NCBI GenBank assembly: GCA_001179505.1
Contig: CDMY01000938.1
Location: 62,001 to 126,000 of the forward strand
Source of the DNA: Vitrella brassicaformis CCMP3155
Lineage: Eukaryota > Protista > Chromerida
Reading direction: 5' to 3'
DNA length: 64,000 nucleotides
Part shown: piece after piece, positions 1 through 12,000 of the stretch
Position numbering within the stretch: the first letter of the stretch is position 1
Layout of the letters: every line of letters begins with the position of its first letter
Program-made: the position numbers and the translations under genes
The notes under the pieces: generated by a model
The model's database searches: none
Told to the model about the DNA's origin: nothing
The model's input: the letters and a program-made list of their open reading frames with translations, nothing else

Positions 1-2313
1 AGTGCCATCCCTTCACAGACACAGGCAGGAACACTACATCTTCATCCCAGTCGTGGTCGCTCGGCCTGACGCTCGGCCGCTGCCACTGCCGCCACTCGTC
101 GGGCTGATTCTCCTCCAGCATGTGACCCTGGCACCGTTTCATGCTCTCGTCGCTGGCTTCTGCTGGCGCGCCGATCTGCTGAGCGGTCGGACGGACGCCA
201 AAGCTGAAGGATGCGACCCAGAGGAGGGCTGTCAGCTCAGAGTCGGGCAATGAGTAATCCATGAGCTCGGTGACTCTCTCCTGCACACACATACACGGAT
301 GGACAGGAGACAATCACCATGACTGCCTGAATGACTCATTCAGATGAGTACCCACCTGTGTGCCCGCGATGGTCATCTGGTCGCTGCAGCCGATGAAGCC
401 CACGTGTGGGTGGCTGTCTGTCCCCCGCAGCTTGAAGGCGTGTGTTTCCGTGCCGGTGTCGCTAATGGCCGCCCCGGTGACCTCGATGGGCCCCTCGATG
501 ATCATGGCGAAGAGCTCATTGCTGTCGGCCACTTTGGAGATGAGCACCAGGGGGGAGTGGCCCCTGACGGCATCGAAGAAATCCAACCACCTCCAACCAT
601 CCACAGTTGCCCTGACATCACGCACACAAATCAAGACACATCGGCAGGATGCTCGGAGCTGTCTGGCCTGCCCTTCTCACTTGTATATGCGGTGGACCGG
701 CTCGCCAACACACGGAGGGATCGGCGGGGCGTCCTCGTCTCCCTCACACCACTGCCGCATCTTGTGCAGGTGGTCAGTGGTCAGCAGCCCGTCGATGGGC
801 CCCAAATAGCGATCGCTATCCAAACCGTACCTGCCGCCAGGCACAGACAGAAGGCCAAGGTTGCATCTTCTCTCTCTCTCGGTGGTGACCTCTCTCCTTA
901 CATGTCGAGCACGGAGCGATAATCGGTCTCGTCGATCTCGCCGCCTTTGGCCTCATGGACGTCTTGGGCCGAGATGGCGGTGCCCTTCATGTGCGCTCGA
1001 GCCACGATGTCGACGATACGGTGCACATGCTCCACATCAAAGCCAGCGGCACGTCCATCGTGCCTGACACGCCAAAAGGGAGAGGCCAGTGGGTTGACCG
1101 CTTTGCGCGGGTGTTCTGGGTGGTGGCTCACTTAAGGAATATGTTTGCGAAGGTCGAGTCGTCGCCCAGCGAAGTGGCTACGCCCTTGGTCACCGTCACG
1201 GTGGCGCCCGACACGTCAATCGACACCAACTGACATCGCAGGGCACGAAAGGCATACACATTACAAGGGACACACACATGAGCAATGACTCCTTTCCTTT
1301 CTCCCCTTTCATCGTCGGCTTACCGAATCCTCATCCGTGTTGCCAGTCTTCAGCAGCGGTCTGATGGCCTCGAGGCGCTCCAGCTGGGCGTCCCTGGCAT
1401 CCTTGGCCCTCCTGATCATACTGACCAGCTCGACAGAGAGGGCCTCAGCATCTGCTTGCGGCTGCTGCTGCCCTCCGTCCCCCTGCTGCTGCTGCTGCTG
1501 CTGGTGGCCTTGTGTGAGTGGGGGAATCTGCACACGGTTCGCGCGCCGCTTGGTAGGGTAGCCGGGGTCCGACATCAGCAACTCAACCCAGTACCTGAAC
1601 GATACCAAACACACCACACCACACCATGGGATCCACGGCAGCACAGGCAGCCTGCCGAGTGTCAGTTGGTGTGGCCCACTCACTTGAATGGCGTATCGTT
1701 TTGCCTGGACGGTGGTATGACGATGCTGTCGGTCTGCTCGGCCACATACATATCTAACTTCCCCACCAACCTGACACACAGGATGGACACGAGCAAAGCA
1801 CACTACATCCTGAGCGTGATGGATTTTCACTTTGGCTTCTCACCACTTGAATGCGCGCGGGAACACTTGGAGTAAGATGCGATTGTTCTGATCTCGGATG
1901 AATGCTTGGTCGAAAGCGCCGCAGAAGAGCAGCGCTATGACAGACCCCTTGACCCCACACAGGGTGGACCGCCGGGCACGAAAATACTCTCCGCTGAGGC
2001 TGAACTCCAATACCTCGCGCATGCACTCCGCCTGGCACAACACAATGCAAATCGACACATGCAACACAGTCACCATACCCTCTTGAGTCCTCGAGATCCA
2101 TACCGAAGGCTCCGTCAAATCGCCAGTGCCGCCCATCGCTCGCTCTTTTGCAATCAGCTCATTCTTGATCTCCTGCAGCTTCGCCTTCACCACATCAAAC
2201 TGCTCCATGCTCACATCCAGATGGCCGCCGCGGTCGCCATGGCCGTCAGGCGGCTGTTTACGCTTGCCGCCTTGGCTGCCTGCGGCAGCCGCCGCGGCAG
2301 CACTCGAGCTCAT
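1..2313 (-). CDS. Multi-exon coiled-coil/BTB(KCTD-like)-coil-BTB-like-TLDc protein, 3' end runs off the window
   Basis: Spliced exons give MSSSAAAA..., BTB-like LEFSLSGEYFRARRSTLCGVKGSVIALLFCGAFDQAFIRDQNNRILLQVFPRAFKW, a second BTB-like start LVSIDVSGATVTVTKGVATSLGDDSTFANIF, and TLDc-like LLTTDHLHKMRQW...HRIYK|ATVDGWRWLDFFDAVRGHSPLVLISKVADSNELFAMIIEG. GT-AG junctions keep the frame. Domain names come from motif recall. Confidence 0.75.
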
Positions 2314-2428
2314 CGCGCCAGCTTCGGTCGTCTTTCGTCTTGTTTCACAGACCTTCAGCCACTCGAGGTGCTGGCAAGGAAACGTATCAATCACACGCCG
2401 TGGTTGTCCTGTCCTGCGTGTGTGTCAG

Positions 2429-4674
2429 GAGGGTCAGTCGTTGCCCACACTGCCCGAGTCATGCTTCAGCGGCCACATCAGCCCCTTCCTCGGCACACAG
2501 ACCATCATCACCAGGCTGGCGCTCACTGCCCCGTCCCTCAGCGTCCTCTCCCGCAAGCCGACCATGCACACCACGCTGCGCCTCGGCAAGGACTTTGGCG
2601 ACGAGATCGAGATGACCAAGCAGCAGGTCCGTGTGTGGGGTGCAGCATTTCGCAAGACCAAGCACGCGACGATGGTGTGTGCGCCGACCACTGGTGTGGT
2701 CAAGCTGCTCGAGCATGCGTGCGGCACACTGGAGGAGCTGCACGCGTGGTCGCGTACCACTGGGTGCCTGTACAATGACGGCCCGCTCGACCTGGAGGTG
2801 CGGAAGGAGCCCATCTTCTCGTTCTCGTGGGAGCCACGGGGACGTTACGAGAGCACCTTTCCCAAGCTGCGGTGCGTATGGGTAGCCGAGTGGTGGCTGT
2901 CCGTCGCCAACAAACGCAACTGGAAGCTACCGTAAGCGACTCAGTGAGGGAGGGATTGGTCGCTCGGATGTCAGGGATGTGCGTGCATCATGTCAGGGCG
3001 CTGGTTGACGTGCACCTACGCGATCGAGAGGCCTGCTACCCCATCGCGCAGATCTGCGAGATAGACTACGGGATGTGTTCCGGCGACAACGGCTGGCGGT
3101 GCACCAAGTGGCTGTCAGGCCCAGGGCCGCACACCCTGACGCTCGAGACGGACACGTCAAGGGGGTGGGAGCTCACCAACCTCTGCGACATGTTGGTGCC
3201 ATCCATCAAGTGAGGGGCAGCGAATATGGGTGCGTGTACGTGTGTGTGGATGTGGATGTGTCGCGTGTGCGCTACGCAGGCGGCTCAAGGGCGTGAGGTG
3301 GTTTTTGCTATGCCGTGACACCCACACGGCCGTGAAGATCGACATGAAGATCGCCGAGATGGCCGAGAGGGGGCTGCAGCTGGAGGAGCTCGACGTCATC
3401 CTCACTCCGATCCATTCCACAACGCTGCAGGTGTGTACATGAGATGAGCTAGCGCAAAGCAAAGAGAGGACCTCACCTGATGCCATGTCCTCCGTGTGCG
3501 TATGTCTGCCATCCGTCAGGATTTCGGCAGGCTCGACAAGTTTCTGTCCACCTGTGTGGCGCCCAACGGCAGCATCAACATCACGTGCACACCGGACATG
3601 ATCTTCCGTACGACTGAGCACCTGGAGCTGCTAGCAGACCACCCGTCGTGGGCTGGCATGCTCACACAATTCGCCTCTGCCGCCAAGGGTGTCAAGCTTC
3701 CTTCTGGGGTGGCTCAGGGGGAGGCAGTGCCGACTGTTGTGCTGTATCGGCTGCCTCAGATAGTGTTTTCGAATGCTGAGACCCTGTACCTGGGGGCTGG
3801 CTCCGAGCCGCCCCCTGCGGCGCTTTTGTCGCACATATCCGATCGCTCTTTCCCTCATGTGACCACACTCGATCTGGGGCAGGCAGCAGCGGGGGTGAGA
3901 GAGGACGCAGTCAGGCGGGCCACCGACCTCAGATCGCTGCGGCAGGTGGGTTTTGAGATCGTTGCGCCGCTGCCGGCTGTGCCGTTTTTGTTCCCGCTGT
4001 GCCTCGGTGCGTGCAGCCAGACAGGCCACCTGCTGCACGTGAAAGCCGAGTGCCGGTACACCGATGTGAGCCTCGACCGTGTGTGGTCGCTGTGGGGGGC
4101 TGGGGGAGGGGGCGGGGGCGGGGCAGGGGGTCAGAGAGGCATTGAGAAGCGAGTCCAAGAGATCAGTATAGAGGTATACATGTCGAGCCCTGGAGTGTCA
4201 GGCATCTTATCGGTGTGTCTGGAGGCCATCGACAAGTGCCCTTTTCTCGACGCCATCGCTCTCCGCCACTCAATCCTCTGCTCAGTCAATCGGCTAGAAA
4301 GCGACCTTGACGCAGTCAGAGGCAGGCTGCTGGTGCGTGGCTTCGTAGCTGGGCAGGTCGACCTCGATTCTCACAGTCGGTCCTGTAGGAGTGCCGAGCT
4401 GTGTCGCGTCTTTGGCTGCCTCTTCCCTCGTTGTCTGCGCGACCACATGTCGATGGCATCTCTAGAGGGGGCGTGCACGTCGCGTTTCTCTATGGATGAC
4501 ACCGTGTCGCTGCCGGAGGCCATTTTGGCCCATGATCTCGGCCTGCGTTTCCCCCGGTGTGTTTCTCGCCAAATGCACAAGGAGTGGGAGGAAGTCATGA
4601 CACAGGGGATACGCTCGGAGTGGCCTCAGCTGCGCAGCGAAGCTAGGCGCAAGAGAGGCCTGCCTGTCAAGTGA
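2429..4674 (+). CDS. Hypothetical protein with N-terminal F-box-like motif and LRR-like segments (start codon uncertain)
   Basis: Exons from ORFs 2126..2935, 2827..3213, 3230..3442 and 3496..4674 join in frame via GT-AG introns. N-terminal LPTLPESCFSGHISPFL resembles an F-box start; later FPKLRCV, LPALVDVHL and FPHVTTLDL are LRR-like. Confidence 0.55.
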
Positions 4675-4899
4675 TGGCCATACCTAGCTGGCTGAAGTCT
4701 GGCTGTCTCGTTTTTGATTTCGAGAGCGACCACGGTGGGTGGATGGGTGCATCTGTGCACGGCCGAGCCAGCGACATACATGCAAATGCATTTGCACGTA
4801 TGTATGTCGTTGAATCGGCCGTCACAGTTTGGTCGTGTGTTTGCTGACGGAAGGAGTGGCCCCATATGTGTATGCGTAGAGGCAGGTACAGTAGGGATA

Positions 4900-5205
4900 C
4901 GCGTGATCGACTGGCTATGTATGCAGCAGAGAGTGATTGGATGGATGGATGGATGGATTACTTGTCGCCGGACCGGACCGGACCGGACAGGGGGGCGTCA
5001 GTCAGTCAGTTTGTCGCAGATCGAGGGAAGGACCACAGCGTGGCGTGCGGTGGTGGCGCGGCTGCACGCGTTGTGTACAGATACATACATACATGGTACC
5101 TACGTGTACATGATATATACATATATATACACACACACACACCACACTGTCTGTCTGCCTGCCTGCCTGCCTGGGTGTCTGGGTGTGTGAGTGAGTGAGT
5201 GAGTG
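4900..5205. repeat. Compound microsatellite block: (GGAT)n, (GGACC)n, (CAGT)n, (TA)n/(CA)n, (GCCT)n, (GAGT)n
   Basis: Directly visible simple repeats in the intergenic region downstream of the 4674 stop. Confidence 0.9.
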
Positions 5206-6067
5206 GTTTCATTGCATGGTGTCGACATGAACGGATCTCTCGCAACTCAATGTCGTTCGGAACTGAATGAGTGTGGTGGAACACAGTTCATTGTCGTGTC
5301 TACATGCGCCATCTCCGGTACCAATGCACGCTGTTGTGTCCCGGATACGTACGTATGTCGGGCGGCTTTTGAGCATACACATAGCGAGAGAGCCCACTCA
5401 CTGCATTCGGCTGCCTGAGTGCGCGTTGTCTCTGCTGCTGAGGCACACATATCTTGGCCGTGTGCACTCGCACTTGTGTATATATCCATCTGTCTATCTG
5501 CAAACCACTGACTGACGGCGTGTTGGGGAATCTCTGGTTGGCTGCATGCATACCATGCATATCTCTCTGCGTCCGCCATTTGATGTATGACTTGAGAGGA
5601 GGCCTGTGACAGTCGGCCGCTGAGAGGCCGTGTGTGTCTCGTTCACGTGCGTGTGAGGGTTCTCATGTACACGCTGCCTGCGATAATGCGTGTGTGCGTG
5701 AGTGCGCGGTGAGCGATTGACTGATGAGTGCTGGCCCTGACCGATTGACCGTGAGATGCCACGTTGTTGACCATGCGACGAGTCCGTCAGCATACGACAC
5801 ACAGAATTGTGAGTGCAGGAGCTCTGCAATGCCACTCTACCGTCACTCATGCAGCCATGAGTAACTCATGTCCTGTTTTGTCTTGCGTCTTGTTTCACAG
5901 CAAACCCAAATCATTGAGCTCGCGCGTGTGCTTGGAGAGGCTCTCTGGGCAGCTGGACCTGTTCATGAGCTATTGATGTAGATATCTCTTTCAGGAGCTC
6001 AAGAGAGAAAGCAAAACCGGGGCCTCTCTCGTGGCCTGTTCGGGCTGCACATCTGTGTGTGTCCGCC

Positions 6068-9000
6068 ATGCCCTTTGCTTTCATCCTTTCCCTGCTGGTT
6101 CTCATCTGCCTGTTCCTTCTGCTGCTTCCCTACTTCATCCCGACCTTCCTGAGCGCCGCGCTCGCCCGGCTGCCTTTCATCGACAAGGCTCAAATTAAAG
6201 GGGCGGGGTTCTGGGCCTTCGCGGACATTGTCATCTCGCTGAGGCTGCCCACTCTGACAAATTCGCATCTCGTTATCGCCGTGCAATCGATTCGAGTCCG
6301 CGTGCTGAGGGATTCATGGCGGCTGAATATCGCTATCGGGTCGGCGGAGGTAGTCTGCCGGTTCACGTCACCCTTGCTGCTCGTTGCCAAGACGGCTGAG
6401 GTGGCAGCCGACGGCAAGCCAGCCAAGAAGATCGGGGCCTCGTCGATGGTGCTGTCTTGGCTGGCATCTCTGTTCTCATCCGTGGCTGTCGTCATCGGCC
6501 TGCACACCCTCTGCCGCTGGGTGGCATGCTGCATCGAAGAGGCCTGCGTCCGCTTCGAGCTCGACTGTCCGCCGCCAGCCGCACAGCCGTCCCTGCCCCT
6601 GGATGCCGCCCTGCAGGACGTCCAGATGACCTCCCTCGATCAGCGGCTGCATCCGCGCATCCATGTAGAGTCCCTTGAAGTCGCGCCTGCAGCCAAGGGC
6701 CACCGTCTGTACGCCGCTGTGTCGATGGCGACGCTGGAGGTGTGGGTGGACTTTGCCGGCGACTCGGTCAAGAGGGTGGCGCACGCACCCAAGTCGGCCT
6801 TGCACGCTGCGGGGAAGCGGCCGGTCGCCCGGTTCCCTTCGTCGATTCGTGGGGTGGCCAAGGGCAGGTGTGGCTTGTGGTGGCGGCAGGGGCGGGGTTG
6901 GCGGCCGCTGGATTTGGTCTTCGACGAGATGGAGGTGCTGTCACACACGCTGCAGGTCACCGTGGTGGCCAACGAGATGTGCGAGATTTTCGAGATTGCA
7001 TGGCGGCTGCTGCGGGAGAGCGTCGTCGCCAGGCAGAGCGACCTCATCCAACGGGCCAGGAAGCAGCAGCAACTCAACAACGAGATGAAAGATGCGGCTG
7101 CCAAGAAGGAGAACGCCTCGTTCCTCGCCCCCCGTGCCAGCCGCGCCTCTGCTTTCGCGTTCGCCTACAAGGGTTCCTCTCTCGTCACGGAGGCAGGCCC
7201 CTGCCTCCCCCCATCAGCCGCCGAGGCGTCCACCCCCCCACAGCCCCCAACCCCGCCCACATGGGCCTTCCTGCCGCTGCGCGTGACGCTTCTCAAAGTG
7301 GAGGGCCACTTCTTCGAGGCCTCCCACCCCTCGTGCCTGGCCATCGATGTCGATAACGTCACGGGCACATTCCGCTTCGACGTCATGGCCGGCACCGGCG
7401 CCGTCGAGCTGAAGATAGAGGGAGAGACGGCCAATGCCGTGTCGGAGAGCAGGAGCGAGGAAACCGAGGAGAAGGTGCGCAAGCCGATCGCCACGATGCC
7501 TGGTTTGGAGTTCAGCGGTCGCATCGAAAAGCACCCGGAGCAGCATCAGCACCTGCAGCTGATCATCCCGCGGGCAGGGGGCGTGTGGATGGGCGACGGG
7601 CTGATGTACTGGATCTTCGTGCTGGTGCAGATCGAAAAGACGTGGAAGGTCAACAAGCAGCGGCGGCTGCAACTCGAGGCCCTACTGGTCAAAGCCAAGA
7701 AGGAGCAACACTCTGTGGGCGAAGAGAGGGAGGGAGCCGGAGCGGGTGGCGGCAAACAGGCTGGAAAGCCGACCATTCCACTCACCGCAGCCGCCAAAGA
7801 CGGTCAGAGACCAGATATCCATCCATGCATGGGTCAGGGACGCATCCATGCCTCTGTGTTTGTGCGTCTGTCTGTCTGCAGCCAGTGCTCGTCGCTCCTC
7901 CGAGCCTGATGTGCCGCGCGCAGCGGCCCTCATCCTAAAGAAGGCCTCAGAGATCGCCATGGGCACCCACCCGCAGCCTTCTCCCTCACTCCACAGCGAG
8001 GCCACCATCCACAGCACCACCAAAGGCGAACGAGCCGGCAGAAGGACGTCGGGCGCCGTCAGCGAGCATGATGTTGCCTTCCAGGTTGACGAGGCCGACG
8101 TGACGAGCCGTGAGTCGTTCCGTCTGGAGGTGGGGGAGGTGGTGCTGCGGTCGAAGCTCCTCAACGACCGGCACGTCATTCTCACCGGCGACCACTTCGT
8201 CATGCACATGTCCACCGCCGCGCAGGCGGTCACCATCGCTGCCGCCCCCATACGCGCCTTCGAGTGTGCCGCCGAGTCGCTCGAGCAGTTCCCACACACA
8301 TCCCCTGGGCTTTTGCTGCCGCCACCCCAAGCCACGGCCACAAGGAGACCCAAGTCACCTGACCGTTCTGGTGTCCGCAAGGGCGATTGGCCGCAGACTG
8401 GGCGGACGGCTCCGAGGTTCTGGGAGTTCATCATGGCGACTGACGGGGCGTCGGTGCGGCTGCCGTCTCACGGCAAGAATGTGTCCTTGAGGCTGGGTGA
8501 GGTGCGGGGGCAGTGGCGATGGATCGTGCTGCCGACCTACTGGTACATCACTGAGGCGGCTTATGTGGACTACTATGGCAACGCGGAGTCGCGGCTGTTG
8601 TCAGTGTACCGCACACCGGCACCGCCCGAGCCACAAGTGAGCGTGGAGGTCTACAGTGTTGTGGTCAACTTCTCGCCGAAGCTTCAGGTGAGTCGAAGAA
8701 CAGATGCAGACATTGTGACCACTAACGTGGCTGCTGTTCTGCGTCGGTCGTTTGTCAGATTCACACGTCAGGATTTGTGTTTTCTCTGAAGAGCGCGGCG
8801 TCCATGACAATCAGCTTCCTCGAGCCGGTCATGTACCTCACCCCTCCCACCGACTGGGTCCTCCCACACCCGCCCGTGCTGCTCTCCAGCCGCATCGCAC
8901 TCACCATCACCTCATTGGGGCCGAGGAGGGCCAAGCGACGGCCGCCTGACGCACCCCCGCTGCCCCCTGCGCCATCCGTGTCTTCGCTGAAAGAGGGAGA

Positions 9001-12000
9001 GATTGGCAAGAAACTCACCGTGGAAATACTCGACTTGGAGGTCATCTGCACTGAGGTACGTATACGTATGCACGAGGGAGGGAAGGACTGCAATCACAGG
9101 CGGGAGGAGTTTGGGGGGGTGGTGTGTTCAGGTGACGGATGCGGTGTATCTGCTTGAGAACGTGGAGCCCTTCATGAGTCACCTTCTGCGGGACGCGCCC
9201 ACACCGGAGCGGCTGGACCCCTTCCTATACCCCAACGCCAAAACAGCCGACGAAAAGTGAGCAAAACAAGCGGACACAATCGATTAACACCCCCCGACGG
9301 CTATCTCCACCCTCCCTTCGTTCATCAGGCTGAGGGCGGCAGCGGCATCAGCTGTGAGTGCCGTGGAGCTGCGCATCGTCAACCTCTTCCTCGTGGCCAT
9401 GCGGTGCATGCAAGACACCTCCGCCCTCCCCTCCCCCGCACCCAGCCCCAGGCGCCCCCAGTCACCCACATCCCTCCTGCTTAGCCCCGATTCGCCCACC
9501 CACGCCACGGCCATGGTGACACAGCTCTCCAAGGACGACAGCTGGATCGACGAGGGGCTGAGAGACCGACATGGTGGTCTGGATGATCGGCCGTGCGAGT
9601 CGAGCGACTCCCTCAGGAGGAGGGTGCCCCTGCTGGGGCCGGGCACGCGGAATCGGTGGAATCACCAGGTGTCGAATGCCCTGGTGTCGCGGATACAGCG
9701 GCTGGCATCCCATCCAGAGGTCGAGGAGACGCTGAGCTACCGCCTCCGTGATGAACAACACCAACACGACCGGCTCCCGCTGCCGAGACTCGACTCAGCA
9801 CGGCGGCTGATGTTCGCCCGCCAGCACTCAAGACGCGACCTGCCGACCTTTGACTTTGGGGGATCGAACAGCGGGCGTCCGGTGGCCACGGGCAACCGCC
9901 TATATGACGTGTCTGATCGCAGCCCTTCGTCCATCTCGCAAACCATCTCTCGACAAGTATCGAGGCAGCCCTCGCAGCTGGAGGGAGGGGGGGCCGATCG
10001 CAGGTCGTCGGGCGAGTCGTCCACGTTCGCAAAGGCGCTTACGCGTGACTTCGGTGATGAGGAGGGGCTGATTCCGAGGGCGGAGGAGAGCCCTCTGGCG
10101 ACGCGACGGGCGTCAGACAGCGCGCAGATGCTGCAGCGGATGCTGACGCGCATCCAGGAGCGGCCGGAGCACATGCGGCGGCGATCGTGCATCAACTTCT
10201 GGTCGCGGATCTACTCGCCCCTGGTGTGCCTGCACATCGGCGGACTCGAGAGCACCATCTCCCTCAATCCACTCGACGAGCACCAGCTGCCCATGCGGTT
10301 CACCGGCGCCCTCCATGACAACGAGGTCCAGACCTACAGGTGCAAGACCGTCCTGGGTGACTGCATCCAGGCTGACGAGATGCTCGGTTTGCGGCTGGAG
10401 CACCTCACCTTCGAGGGCAAGTGCGGCGTCAAGACCTCTCGACGCGAGCATCCGTCCGAGACCACCACCGACGGACCCGCTGCCTCTCCACAAGACGAAT
10501 TGAGGCGCCTGCAAGACCGAGTCGCCACGGCAGGTGCGTCGGCCTCGCCCACCCCCGGCCGCTTGGACTGCCACGTGACGGTCAACAGTGACGGCGAGGT
10601 GGGTCTGGGCATCAGTAACTCGGTGGGTGAGGCCGTCACGTCACTCACCGAGCTGACCCAGTGGGTGGAGGACTTTGCCATCCTGTCGCCCAACGCCATG
10701 GCCGTCATAGGGCGGGTCTACCAGGTGCTGCCCGCCCCGGAGGTGCGGGCGCCTCCCGCACCTCTCCCTGGCCGCGTGCGATGCCGCGTCGATTGTCAGC
10801 TACCGGGCGGCATCCGCCTGAGTGCTGGGCTGAGAGGGATGGAGGCTCTTGAGATGCTCATTCCGGCGTTGCAGCTGTTCGCTCTGCTGGACGCGTGTTT
10901 GCCGCCGCCGACGAGAGAGGACAGGACCCTCTCGCCGCACAGAGAGACCGGCGACCTGCCTTACGTGGCCATACTGTCCACCCGTCTGGACAACGGCCTC
11001 GTGGTGCAGTACGCTAGAACGCAGCTGGCGTCCGTCGGCTCTTATTCCGGCTACTCCTACCCCCTCGTCAGCATCCCGGAGATCGCCGGACGGGTGCGTC
11101 TCGACAACGTGCCTCGAGAAGACCACCATGACGACTCAGGCATCTTCCCCAGCCCCACCAACCTTTTCCTCGAGGTCTTCTTGCGCGGACTGCTGCGGGG
11201 CGACACGGTCACGAGCACCAGCCAGCCGCCCCGCCGGCTGGGGACGGCCGAGCCCTACCCCACACTCGAGCGGCGGCACTCTCAGAGACGCAGGAGCGAG
11301 ACTCTGCAGCCCCCCATCTTCGCCCTGGTGGAGCCGGCCCAGTGCCTGACCATCAATGTGTCCCCCGAGCACTTGCACCTCATTCTGCAGCTCCTGGGCA
11401 CTCCCCAGATGGACCGAGCCATACGGGCGTCGACCGGCAAGGCGCCTGAGGCGCACACGACGAGGGGCATTGCCCGGCGGCACTCGTCGATATGGCTCAC
11501 CAAGGCGACTGCGGGCGGAGAGGGGGGCGGCCGCGGTGCCAAAAAGGGGGATGGCGCGCAGGATGTGGGTGTGGTTGCGAGCAGGAGGGGCAGCGGCCTG
11601 GCGAAATTCGTCCCGAGGTCGCGGCAGCTGTCCCGGAGCTACACGCCAGACGGAGGGACACGCCTTGACGTTCATGTGCAGGTAGGTCAGTGAGCGGGGG
11701 CACAGGGGACGAAATCCAGACAGACAAACAAACAGACCACACTCCATGCCATGTGTACTTGCCATTCATTGTCAGGCGGCTGAGTGTCACGTCAAGTTCG
11801 GCGCGGTGCGTTTCGCCTTCGGTGCCCTGGAGGTGCGGTCGACCTATGGCCGCGAATCCACCCGCCCCCACCGCACCGCCAGCGACCCGACGGCAGAGGC
11901 AGTAGGGGCAGATGCGGGCGGGCAGGGCCGGCCGGATGGCCTGGCCACGGCAGCCACGGACCACTGGGAGGTGGGCAGCTCGGTGTCGTCTGCCAGCCAC

